From NCBI RefSeq assembly GCF_964355755.1, contig NC_092670.1:41032388-41096387 (forward strand): DNA of 64,000 bases, read 5' to 3'. Both the position numbers and the translations under genes were made by a program. Position 1 is the first letter of the stretch; each line of letters opens with the position of its first letter. Of the stretch, positions 41,122 to 52,812 are shown piece after piece. The notes beneath the pieces are model-generated. The model had not been told where the DNA came from, ran no database searches, and was given only the letters and a program-made list of their open reading frames with translations. Origin of the DNA: Antedon mediterranea. Its lineage: Eukaryota; Animalia; Echinodermata.

Positions 41122-41385
41122 GCAGAGCTGTAGCTTGGTGGTTAACATGCTTGCCTTCCAATCCTAAGGTCCAGGGCTTCCAATCCTAAGGTCCAGGGTT
41201 TAATCCTGACCTACTGTAGTATCAGGGTTCAATCCTGACCTAGTGCCAGGGTTGTAGCTCACGATTCTTTCAACTCCACTCCCTAAGCCTCAAATGAGAC
41301 TTTATAAGCACGATAATTATAAAATAGTTTATCCATCCTGCAATTGGAGAGATTGTGTTCACTGTTGGGTGTGTATAAAAAAAAG
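41122..41385 (+). mobile_element. tRNA-derived SINE
   Basis: Head with A box tagcttggtgg and B box ggttcaatcc (locally duplicated), body ...caactccactccctaagcctcaaat..., A-rich tail. A second copy lies on the minus strand at ~45440-45605. Confidence 0.7.
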
Positions 41386-41605
41386 AAAGAAGGTGAGGAA
41401 GAGAACAGGAAGGCAAGAGGAAGGAAAGTAGAGGAGGAAAAGAATGAAAAGGAGGGAGAGAAGAGGAGGAAGGGGAGAAGAAAAGAGAAAAGTAGGTATT
41501 AATGTATACCTTTTATTCTATTTATTATGTGATTATTAACATACATATTCTGATTGCATTGTTTAAGACTCTGTGACTAAATAATAAATACTATCTTGTA
41601 CAAAC

Positions 41606-41734
41606 CTTAATTGGAGGTTTACGAGTGATATGGGAGACTAGAAAGTTCATAGCAATGTCTTCACAGTTAATGTACTCATCAACCTTGTCTCTGATAACCT
41701 TAGGCATTATGTAGCTGTACACGTACGAATAATA
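41606..41734 (-). CDS. EXTL3: Exostosin-like 3, coding exon 5
   Basis: ttcag|[43 protein letters not shown]|gtttgt; GT64 NCEDIAMNF motif; 129 nt. Confidence 0.95.
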
Positions 41735-42298
41735 CTGAAAAGAGAATGAAACATTTACCAACACTAAATGTATGAATAATACTGAAAAAAAGAAAAAAAA
41801 AGTTGTAAAAGATTAACAGATAATTTATTTAAAATGTTATGTGATATTATGTGTAAGGTTAAAATGAAATTTGGTTAGCCTTCATAAAGAGAGTAGTCAA
41901 ATTATACCAGTATCAACATTATGCCTCAAGTAAGTCACAAATGAGATTTGGTATAATGAAATGCAGTCTAAACAATGACTAACAAAAGACGATAACTGGA
42001 TTTTCCATTGCCCTACTAAATACAAACTGATAGCATTGCCTTCCTTTATGCTCAGTATCCACCCATCCATGATTCCTATTGGGAAACAATAGGTTGTTTT
42101 TAAATGATTTGCAAGACATCTTCATGCTATTATTAGTGTCAATGAAAACACCAAATTGTGTATTTTAACCAGGAATTAAGTATGCTTAGATTGAATAGGG
42201 GGAATATGGTACCGATCACGCCCAAATTGTTGAAATGTGGGTATAGGCCAGCCTACTACATTTCGACACTTAAGTCGCTCCCACTTCCAGTTTAACTT

Positions 42299-42845
42299 AA
42301 GAAAGTATGAAATAAGACTTGAGTACTGTACTTTACCTTATGAAAGAAAGTATGAGATAAGACTTGAGTACTGTACTTTACCTTATGAAAGAAAGTATGA
42401 GATAAGACTTGAGTACTGTACTTTACCTTATGAAAGAAAGTATGAGATAAGACTTGAGTACTGTACTTTACCTTATGAAAGAAAGTATGAGATAAGACTT
42501 GAGTACTGTACTTTACCTTATGAAAGAAAGTATGAGATAAGACTTGAGTACTGTACTTTACCTTATGAAAGAAAGTATGAGAAAAGACTTTAAGTACTGT
42601 ACTTTACCTTATGAAAGAAAGTATGAGATAAGACTTGAGTACTGTACTTTACCTTATGAAAGAAAGTATGAGATAAGACTTGAGTACTGTACTTTACCTT
42701 ATAAAAGAAAGTATGAGATAAGACTTGAGTACTGTACTTTACCTTATGAAAGAAAGTATGAGATAAGACTTGAGTACTGTACTTTACCTTATGAAAGAAA
42801 GTATGAGATAAGACTTGAGTACTGTACTTTACCTTATGAAAGAAG
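42299..42845. repeat. 45-bp tandem repeat x12 spanning the EXTL3 exon-4 splice donor
   Basis: Unit ccttatgaaagaaagtatgagataagacttgagtactgtacttta; one 46-bp variant at ~42562-42607. Confidence 0.95.
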
Positions 42846-42980
42846 GCAGCTCCTGTCAGGACCATAGACAGTTCACACGAATAGTTTGAGTTGTATAAGA
42901 AGCCATCTTTGTTTGACAAATCCCAAGCATGAAACCGGCCAGGAAATCCAACAATACGATCTCTAGCTTCTCGCCACACC
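42833..42980 (-). CDS. EXTL3: Exostosin-like 3, coding exon 4
   Basis: ttttag|[21 protein letters not shown]...[21 protein letters not shown]|gtaaag; 148 nt, phases 2/0. Confidence 0.95.
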
Positions 42981-43069
42981 CTAAAAAATGACAATACACA
43001 ATTGTCAACACCTTTCTAATTGTTTACCTATGTTCTCAATTTTTACTTTAGGCACAAATTTTGAATCCT

Positions 43070-43175
43070 GTTGCATGTACTGGTTGCATGTACTGGTTGC
43101 ATGTACTGGTTGCATGTACTGGTTGCATGTACTGGTTGCATGTACTGTTGTATGTACTGTTATATGTACTGTACT
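43070..43175. repeat. 13-bp minisatellite x~6-8
   Basis: Unit gttgcatgtactg. Confidence 0.85.
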
Positions 43176-45133
43176 GTTGCACCTTCATAGTCAACTCTCC
43201 CAATACCAGGCTTTTAGAAAACCAGAAACTCTTCCAAAACCTGTCCCAAATTGATACCATTAGAAAACATTCTGAATACCAGACTTCCCAGAAAACCAGA
43301 CATGTTATTTAGGCCAGCCCAAAGGTGTCCAGTATTATGAGAATTGACTGATAGTGATACTTGGAATGAAGAAGTAAAAATTTATTATTATTTACTACAT
43401 AAAACGTAAGATATAATAATGCCTTTTCATCTCCTCTTCATATACTACTCTAAAATGATTAAATTGTACATAGAGATGACAACTAATGGTCTTCTTGGAG
43501 ATTATTATTTTTGCTATTTATGATTTTTGATGTAGTTGTTCAAGGCCATATAACCACTTGGGTATACAACTAGCATAGTTTATAACTTTTCAAGGCAAAA
43601 ACAACTATTTCTGCAACATTTTGTGCTTTCACTTCCTTCCTATCAGCTTCAGAGGACGAGTACCGGGTGTGTTTGCAATGAACGTTTGAAATTAATAATT
43701 CTAATAGGGGTGATTGACCCAATTGATCATTATTGTCCGGAAAAAGTGTAATACAACAGGGTCAACAAGATAGAGCGTGCATCACATTGGTACTATCGCA
43801 CTCTTTATATCTTTATAAATTGAGATTAAAAAAAATATATATATAATTAGCCCTGCTATCATACAAATCAAATTTGTTGTGTAATAAAGTACTATGAAAT
43901 AGCTAAGTTTTATGTTTTTTTCAGTCTTTGTCTGTTTGTCCTTTTCTAGTGCATTAATATATATATTTTTTATTTTTAGCCAAACTATTTGAATCAATAT
44001 GTGTTACAACATAGCATTAGTCATGCTAGCTTGTTTCCAGTACAGTTTACTAAGAACTCAATGATGCTTCATAATTCAACCTAAACTATAAGTCTAGTGT
44101 TGACTAGGAACAGAATGAATCCAGCGTATTGACCATTGAGCAACTTTATAAATTAATTATTATTATATCACTGTGACAATCTAGCGTACAATGTATTATT
44201 CAAAGGTATAGAAATTAAACATTTAAAACATCTGCTCACAAATTGATCAAAACAGTACTGAAATGTCATCAGCTGCCAAAAAACAGAGAGAAGAAAACAT
44301 AAATATTCATTTGTTCATTTGATTGAAAGCATATAATATAACATTTGTTTTTTCCCATAAAACATTATATGGAGATATACTATACATGAATAATGTATTA
44401 ACATTTGTTTCAAACATTACTTTACATTGTAAACAATATATGTTGTCCCTCTTTCTATTTCATTATTTATGACCGCTTTAAAGTAATATAATTAATTTGT
44501 TTATAGCTGTAATTATCGATTGAAAAAAAAAGCATTTGTTTTGCAATGCCACACAAAAAGTGTTTGAATAAATAAATCATTGTAAATTATCCTAAGGGTA
44601 TTGCCACTTAATTTAACTTTAAATCTGATGTTGAATATTCTTTCTCTGCCGATGACGTACAAATCAATAATTCTGAATACATAACTGAATTGTGTACATA
44701 ATAACAAGCTTATATATTGTAACAGAATAGGCTGTAAATAATTTATGTAGTACCTAAATGACTCACTATTACATGTGCTACAACAAAGTGTCATTTGTAC
44801 CATTCTACAAAATCTAGCTTTTTCTAGTGTACTCATCAGGAGGGCAAATGGGAATATGGCAGGTTCAATTTAGACCACCAACAGACACTGTTTAATACCA
44901 TATGTTTAAAACAAATGATGATAATAAAATGAAAAAAGTTATAAAGTAAACATCTTTGTAGGAGTAGCGCTTAGGGTGGAATAATCTATATTAAGGATCT
45001 TCTAATGTTAAACTTAGGCTGAGAAGTCCTCAGACAAGGTGGAGAGGATTGAAAGGGCTAGTAGCACTAGCAAGATCTCTACAAACACTATAAGTACTGT
45101 CATGAAGACAAATATAATCATCATATTTCTTAC

Positions 45134-45261
45134 CGAAAGCCAAATAGAATCTCATCATGTCTCAGATGAGCATCGTCGTCAATAGACAAAAGCGCGTCCG
45201 TTTCTATCTCATCATATGGAAGAAACCGGTTATTCAAACTGTTTTTTTTTGTCTTGATAAC
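45134..45261 (-). CDS. EXTL3: Exostosin-like 3, coding exon 3 (DxD motif)
   Basis: ttcag|[44 protein letters not shown]|gtaaga; 128 nt; GT64 NSLNNRF and SIDDD motifs. Confidence 0.95.
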
Positions 45262-45439
45262 CTGAAATTTATAAATACATTTCTTTAAATTATTCTGGTG
45301 AAACGAAAAAGTAATGTATGTTTTTGTATTAATAACTGCGGTCTCACTGGCCACTTCTTTTGAGTTGAGATAATACTGAAAGAACACATGCCATAGTAAA
45401 GATTTTATACTATAACTTCTTTTAAATCTCCTATGCATC

Positions 45440-45605
45440 CAACAAACTATTTTATAATTTATTATGCTTTTAAAATAATTCTTATTTGAGGCTTAGGGAG
45501 TGGAGTTGAAACGTTTGTGATTTACAATCCTGGCACTAGGTCAGGATTGAACCCCGGCACTAGGTCAGGATTGAACCCTGGACCTTGGGTTTGGAAGGCA
45601 AGCAC
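45440..45605 (-). mobile_element. Second, partial copy of the tRNA-derived SINE
   Basis: atttgaggcttagggagtggagttgaa...ggcactaggtcaggattgaaccctggacctt is the reverse complement of the 41150-41295 sequence. Confidence 0.7.
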
Positions 45606-46617
45606 ATTTTGTACCAAATACATTTATTCATCAAATCACAAATTACAGTAAAAATAATAATATGTACAATGTTTCAAGAAACCTCCACTGCAGTCTGTAG
45701 TCAAATGTAACGACGTCTCTATCACAATGTACAATATAAAGACTTATACGCTGGCATCGTCTCAATCACACTAGCTAGTAAATTCAAAACGTACGTCAGC
45801 ATCACATACAGTAACATTTTATGCAAATTATTAAGCATTCTACAATCGTAAAGAAAGTATTTAAGCTCGCTTCTTCTGATTATAATTCAAGACACAAATT
45901 AATTTAATGTTTCTGTGTCATCCTTTTCTTAAACAATTTATATTTACAATCATCAGCATCTGACAATCATTTTGTATGTTGCTATACTACAACAAATGGC
46001 TATATGCATCAGCATCTGACAATCATTTTGTATGTTGCTATACTACAACAAATGGCTATGCATCATTAAACTCAAGAAGACATGCAGCAAGGACAAACAA
46101 ATTGTGTTACTACTTTATGACAAATAAAAGCAAAGGATATTAAAAAACTGTAAAAAATTTAATTACCTTTATCGTAAATTCTAATATATGCTCTTATTCT
46201 ATATCGCAAAGCACTTACCTTCTAACCTACCGGTAAGCACTACTCTATAAAAACACGCTAATTCCAATTATCGATTAAACGTTGCTTTTTGATTAGTAAG
46301 TATGTTCTTAAATTCATTTATGTAAAACATGGCACAGTATTCAATAGGTCTACTGTATCCCAATAAATTATTAACTTTTTACTGATTCTTAATTAGCTAA
46401 TCACAAAGTCATTTAAAAAATTCATTTTGTATTATAACGAATATTTTAAATGTATTGTATATAGTATTTTAAATGCATTGTATATAGTGCTTTAAATGTA
46501 TTGTAATATCCTATCCTGCCAAGGACGATATCTTAGCATTTTGACAAATAAAGTATTATCTGTGTCTAATTCTAAAAAAGCTGGTATACAAACATAGATA
46601 GAGTATTGTTACTGTAC

Positions 46618-46692
46618 CTTGATGGGCACATGGATACGGGGCCAAAGCAGGTCATCTTTGGGAGGCTCTGGTGAATTCCATACAACAATTAC
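46618..46692 (-). CDS. EXTL3: Exostosin-like 3, coding exon 2
   Basis: ttgcag|[25 protein letters not shown]|gtacag; 75 nt, phase 0/0; bridges ...LPYLNK and VIKT... Confidence 0.93.
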
Positions 46693-46816
46693 CTGCAAGA
46701 ACAATTCATATTAATAGTGTTGTATTAAGTAAACTCTGTAGTAACTAAATTTATTTTAGGTAGATGGGTAAAAAGTGATTTAGAGTGCTTCAATTTGTTT
46801 CTTACTTTGTTAAGAG

Positions 46817-47026
46817 ATACAGGTACTGTATACCTACCTGTCTTACAGGTACTGTATACCTGTCTTACAGGTACTGTATACCTGTCTTACAGGTACGGTA
46901 CTGTATACCTGTCTTACAGGTACTGTATACCTGTCTTACAGGTACTGTATACCTGTCTTACAGGTACTGTATACCTGTCTTACAGGTACTGTATACCTGT
47001 CTTACAGGTACTGTATACCTGTCTTA
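46817..47026. repeat. 22-bp internally palindromic minisatellite x~9
   Basis: Unit acaggtactgtatacctgtctt. Confidence 0.9.
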
Positions 47027-50000
47027 TTTAATTTACTTTTTTCTCATTTCATTTAATTTAATCATTACTTTTTAAAATAAATGAATGAATTGGCTGCTTT
47101 TATAGTATTTATCGTCCAATATAATTTAAATCAAGAAGTTGTTTTTTGTACATTACCTAAAAAAACTAGTACAGTACTACAACAAACTATGTACAAATAT
47201 ATAGCATGTATAAAAGACATAATTCAGGTGGTTTGTATGACAAACTTTCTCTAGAGGATGACCTTGTTTGAACTCTCAGCAAGACTGCTGAGGGTGGCAG
47301 AGGTCAAATGAGAACTAATTGCCAGGATCTTGCATACATCTAGGTGTAGGTCAAGCATGTGCAATGCATGTCAATTAATAATAATAATCTAAACATTTTA
47401 TGAAAAATAATGAACTTATGAAGGCGTTTTGGAGGAAATGTGATGTAGATTTTATGTTCTATACCTGTTGATCAAGTTAGGTTTGCTATGAAAAATATGT
47501 TAATAATATAACTTAAATGTTTCACAAGTAACTTGAGAATTGAGTATCTCATTACAAAAGTCTCAGATATCAACATCAAGGGACAGAGCTGAATTTAATT
47601 GCAGTATTTATAAATTAATCAATAGTATTTAATATTATTTGGATGAATGACTGCGGCTTCATTGATGCAATTTCAAATAAATACAAAATAAATATTTATT
47701 AAAATAAATGGATTTTACTTTACTCTATAAGATTTTCAATTTGATGTAATATCATTTATCATCAATCTTAGTGACGAAGAAAACTTTAAAAAGGTTTTAA
47801 TAATATTTAAAATGCCCCAGGCACAGTCTGCAAGGATCTAGGCCGCAGTTCGGCTGCTAATTCATGTGTTTTCTTTGATTTTAACATTTAAGACTGTAGT
47901 GAATGAAATTTAAAATTAATTTTAAATTCTGAGATTTTTATCCACATATTGCATTTCAATTTGATACTGTGAGTACATTTACGACATTATAGCGGATTAG
48001 AATATTCAAGAAATCTAAAATGGAGAAATGGAAAGGTACTGTAACATATGTGAAATTGTAACTTCATAAAACTATATTCAATTAAATAGTATAATTTCGT
48101 TATCAAAAAGATTCATCAATCCACAATGACAGGCAGTAATAGTAGGCAGTAGTAGGTGTGTGTACAATTAGGTGTGTCAAGACAAATGAGATGTATATAC
48201 AGTAGTAATCTCTGCTTGCTAATCATAGGTGTGTACAGTACTGTAGGTGTGCCAGGACAAATGGCCCTGGAGTAAATCCTACAAAGGTAGTTGGTAGATT
48301 AAAATATGGAGATAACATTTTCACTAATTTATATTTAAGCACTGGTAGATTATGCTTAAATTTAAATCAGTGTTTTAATAATGAATTTTAGAAAACATTG
48401 TAAAGATTGAATTTTAGCGAGTATTTAGCTATTTTGGTCCTTTAAACTAATTTAATTGATGACAAACTGAATGAAGAAGACTGGCCAAACATTACACACT
48501 TTTTATTTTCAGCAAACACTTGAAAATAAACAAGACTCTCACGAACATAATTCATGTGTCAGATAATCCAAACAGCAAACAACTTGAATTATTGCATGAC
48601 ACAAATTTAAAAGCATCATGCTACTGAATTAACATTGACATCGTGGACATTAGTAATATAGAAGGGGCTAAGAATAGACAGACTTGGTTAACAATCATGA
48701 TGAATACAAACGACAAGGACACAATATCGCAAACATCATGTTTATCAGACTAAAGAACAGGTTAATATTATGACTAATAATCCTAATCAATGTTACAGAA
48801 TGACAGAACATTAGTTATTTAAGCACTAAGAATAGACAAACTTGGTTAATGAATATGACAAGGCCCAAGCATCACAAACAACATTCATGTTTATCAAACC
48901 AAGGAACATCTAGTAATAGTCCAGTGGTTATTAATGATGAATTTTGCTAATTCTAATCAATCAGAATGAACATCAGTTATTCAAGGCACTAAGAATAGAC
49001 AGACTCTGACTTTGTTCAATAACATGATGAATAGTCTACAAGGCCCAGCATCATTCTTGTAAAGAGCTAAATTGTGTTGTATTGGATTTGTCCATAATAC
49101 TGTATGTCTGAAGAACAATTGATATTTAGATGTACTGTAGTCATCATTTTTTTATATTTTTGCATGTATTTAAAGCCTGTGAAACATCCTGTTGATAGCT
49201 AATACAGCACACGTTACAAACTGATACAAGTGGATGTCTGTGTGTGTCTACCAAGCACATACAGTACTGAATATCCTGTATTTACACACTTATATTTATA
49301 TAAGAAATAAGTAATCTATCTTGCTCCATTACTAGATGATATTCTTGTAATATAAATTCATATATCATTATTCTTTAAATATCAAAGTTGATAATTTCAT
49401 ACTCTAAAAACACAAGACTGTACACTTTAATCATACACTACAGTAGCTCCGTGCTTAAATTGTACAAAATCAATAATTTGATGCAAATCCAGATTCATTA
49501 GATGAGATATTCATTAAGATAATGAAATGTACAGACATTATGCATTAAGAATACAATGCTCTCACTTATAACAGCACACATACATTGAAAGAGTTGCACT
49601 TACAATGCAGCTATTAAAACCAAAGATTGTAAGACTCACAAACCCTAAATTCACCCATTCAGTTCGCTTTGTTTTCTTCAATCAAACTCTCTATACTAAT
49701 AACTTTCCTATCGAATTTATTTATTTTTAATTGAATGCTAAGACTAAAAGATGCAAATGTATGTGTCAAAATATCAATATTTTGTAGTTTACTGGTCCAT
49801 GGCCTGCTTTCTTTAATTACATATTAAACTTAATGATGAATGATATGTACTGTATATGTTAAATTTCTAAAATTAGATCATGTGTATATTATGTGTGTGT
49901 CCTGTCCTGTTAACATGAATGGTTATAAACATTATTAATCAGAAGAGAATCTTACAAAATCATGATGCCTTCTACACAGTATTTCTGCCTTTTAGCATTT

Positions 50001-50526
50001 CCTAATATCTGAAAACACTACACTCAATCAAAAAAATAATATAGCTAGTGGATAAAGCAGAATGGTTATCAGCTTTTACACAGATGCCCCGAAGATTCTG
50101 TCTGTTCCAACAAGGTTACAATACAATACAATCAATAGAATATCTCACAAGATGAAATATGTATTCAATTGTAGTGTTATACTCATCAATCAGTTGTGTG
50201 GTTGATAACAGTATTTTAACTTCTGTACAGAATTATTTTCAAGCTATAATAAGGGAAGTGATGACACATGGTACAGACTTTAATGTCAGATTTAAAGATA
50301 CCCATATTCAATTAAATATTTGAACAAGTACAAGTAAGCCAATGGAATAGTAATATCCGGTATAAGCTGAATGTTATTTGATTGTACACTGTACACACAG
50401 TATGTTTGCAGTTGATACACAATAAACTGGGTAATGTGTTCAAATTAGGCTGCTGCCTTCAAAAGCCAATGCAAGATTCAACCTCATCCTACTGTAATAT
50501 TGCAATGTAAAATACTGTTTATTTAC

Positions 50527-52665
50527 CTTGTTTAAATATGGCAGTCCAACAAGTCTTTCCAAAGCTGACATCAGAACTTTTTCTCTTTCGTACGTAAGCA
50601 TCACAATCGTAAACTGCTCCCGAGGAACGTTCCCACCAATTGCTTCCTGGAATTCCTTCCCAGCACCACCCACACCGCCCCCAATCGGTCGGAATCCGTG
50701 CTGCGAACCAATAAACCTTGCATCAGTTGGAAGCAGAGGATCGTTTGGCAATGATGGAAATAAGTATTGAGGTCCAGGTGGATTGTTCCAAATGTATTCT
50801 TGATCCACGATAGTTGTGGTGAAGTTACGCAGATACTTTGGTGAAGCAAACGGAGGATCAATTGGGCCTAACAATTCCTCTGGGTCTACGGCTACTTTTA
50901 TTTTCTCCTCTTTTTTTGGGTGACCAGACGGGAAAATATTGGGAGATGGTTCACTGGGTAAAATACTAGCTGGAATAGAGAGTCTAGTCCTTATTGTGGC
51001 TAACAGTGTGTTTGTTACGGCTTCTGTTGATGATAGGTACGTCGACCAGACAAACCAACCCTGTCGCCGCATAGATAATATATCTTTATCAGAAATTGTT
51101 TTAAGAAAAAAATAAAGCTCTGTTATCCGAGATTTAGGTAAAATAATCGCGCACTTTTTCCAAGAAATAAATTCGTTAAAAGGTAGTTGTATTTGTTCAC
51201 CTAATATAACAGGTATTGCACCGTATCGTAACGCTTCATAAAGTCGAATATAAAGATGAGTTGAAAAAGCTATAGAGTTGTTGGTGGCAAGAATCAATGC
51301 AAACGTAGATTGTTGCAATGTACTAACACGTTCTGTATGTTCCCCACATAAACCCCATTCAACATTCTGTGTTTCCTGTACTTCAAAATTTGATTTTGTA
51401 CACATAAAATCTATAAAAAACCTATCTTCTTTTATCTTTTTTAACTTTTCAAGCTCTTCTGTCATAAATAAAATCTCTTCTGCTTCTTCTTTTGTTAAAG
51501 TTAAATCTGCTTTAACTTGTTTACCATTCACATTATTTTGTTCTACATTAATGAATGCAACATTATCTTCTGAAGGTGCCATGTTGTTTGAAAAACTTTT
51601 GCCTTGGAATGTTAAAAAGTAAGTCCTTAAAGCAGGCACTTGGATGGGCGTGTCTTTCCAGTCAAATTTGGAGTCTAAATTCAAGAGCATCGGCGCTACG
51701 ATATCAAATCCAGCTCGAAACTGATTTGTTTCAAAATTTGTTTGAACAACAATTGCACGACCTGTGTCTGTATTTTTTAAATTATTCGATAGCGTTTCAT
51801 ATCTTTGGAGATTTAGAAGAACATGATTACGACCATCACCGTTCCAATTTGGCAATTTATTTAAATTTGTTTCTAATTTTGCTACAGCACCTTTAGCAGT
51901 ACTATCTCCGACACACACTAAATAAATGCATGCCATGTGGGCGTCATAAGCAATGTACGGGCTCGTGGCAAGTATATGCAATAAAGACGTCCTTATACTT
52001 GATTCTACCGTTTCAGAAATTGGATGACTATTAGGTTTGTAAAAATAAACTGGAAAATGAGACGTGACAGAACAACGTGAATAATCAAAACAATTGTACT
52101 GTCGGCAGCGTTTACTCGACCCTGGTGGCGCTATTTCGACATTATCATCTAAGCTAGGAAGAATTCGTTTTGGTGCAACTATATGCGAGATGGCTTGTAA
52201 CGCCACTTCCTCTTTCTCCTTTCTCATATTACTCACCTGCATATGCAAATGATCAAGTTCCTTCTGCGAATGAACAAGTACAGATTGCATTGATTCCTTC
52301 TCTTCATACAACGCATGTATGTCGTTATTCATTGACTGACGACGACTTTCCATTTCACGTAACTCATTTGACACGGAAATACGTATACGACATAACTCTT
52401 CTAAATGCGTTTTTAGATCACTCGGTTCCATCGATGTTATACCATCGCAACTTGTCAATGAAAATGGCCCGTAACTAATGGCATCAGAGTTTGTAAGATA
52501 ATAATGCGTTAGCAACGGTAACACTATTAATATCACTAAAAGAATTGTTATCAGCCGCGATAAAAACTTGTTTCGACTCAGCCACCGAGCAAACGATATC
52601 TGAGCCGACGGACGCATTGCGGGTTGTTCTTTGCGTGCGGCAAACTCCATCCTATTTATAAGCAT
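50527..52665 (-). CDS. EXTL3: Exostosin-like 3, large first coding exon (TM anchor, coiled coil, GT47 exostosin domain, start of GT64)
   Basis: ORF 50440..52665: type II TM (ITILLVILIVLPLLTHYYL), RISVSNELREME coiled coil, CFDYSRC, WNGDGRNHVL, RLYEALRYGAIPV, GFRPIGGGVGGAGKEFQEAIGGNVPREQFTIVMLTYERE. Donor AAG|gtaaat at 50527/50526. Alternative start ATG at 52650. Spliced total ~942 aa. Confidence 0.96.
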
Positions 52666-52812
52666 CCTTTAAGAATTTAACAAACATTTTAATGTCAAAG
52701 GTCAAATGCTTTTCCATTGGGAATTTATTGACAGTATGCGAACACAATCCAGTTTCTGTGGACGTGTACAGAGTTCATACAGATTCATTGTGAAATTGTT
52801 AGGTTACACCAT
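52666..52812 (-). promoter_or_regulatory. EXTL3 5' UTR portion with five upstream ATGs
   Basis: Strong acceptor ttttattttgtatttcag| at 52813; five ATGs counted between it and the main ATG. Confidence 0.55.

Noticed and set aside
41122-41210. Possible tRNA-Gly(TCC)-like gene
   Set aside because: No intact acceptor stem or cloverleaf, and it continues into a dispersed body and A tail, so it is annotated as a SINE.
41386-41493. Purine-rich tract (possible triplex or Glu/Lys-rich exon)
   Set aside because: Low-complexity extension of the SINE tail; no splice signals, and EXTL3 needs no exon here.
42237-42867. Plus-strand repetitive ORFs ([15 protein letters not shown])n
   Set aside because: Antisense translation of the 45-bp intronic repeat.
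50440-50526. C-terminal 28 aa of the 741-aa ORF
   Set aside because: Intron read-through; EXTL3 homology continues at 46692 after the donor at 50526.
50528-52478. Plus-strand and alternate-frame ORFs within the EXTL3 exon
   Set aside because: Shadow ORFs of a long coding exon with no independent signals.
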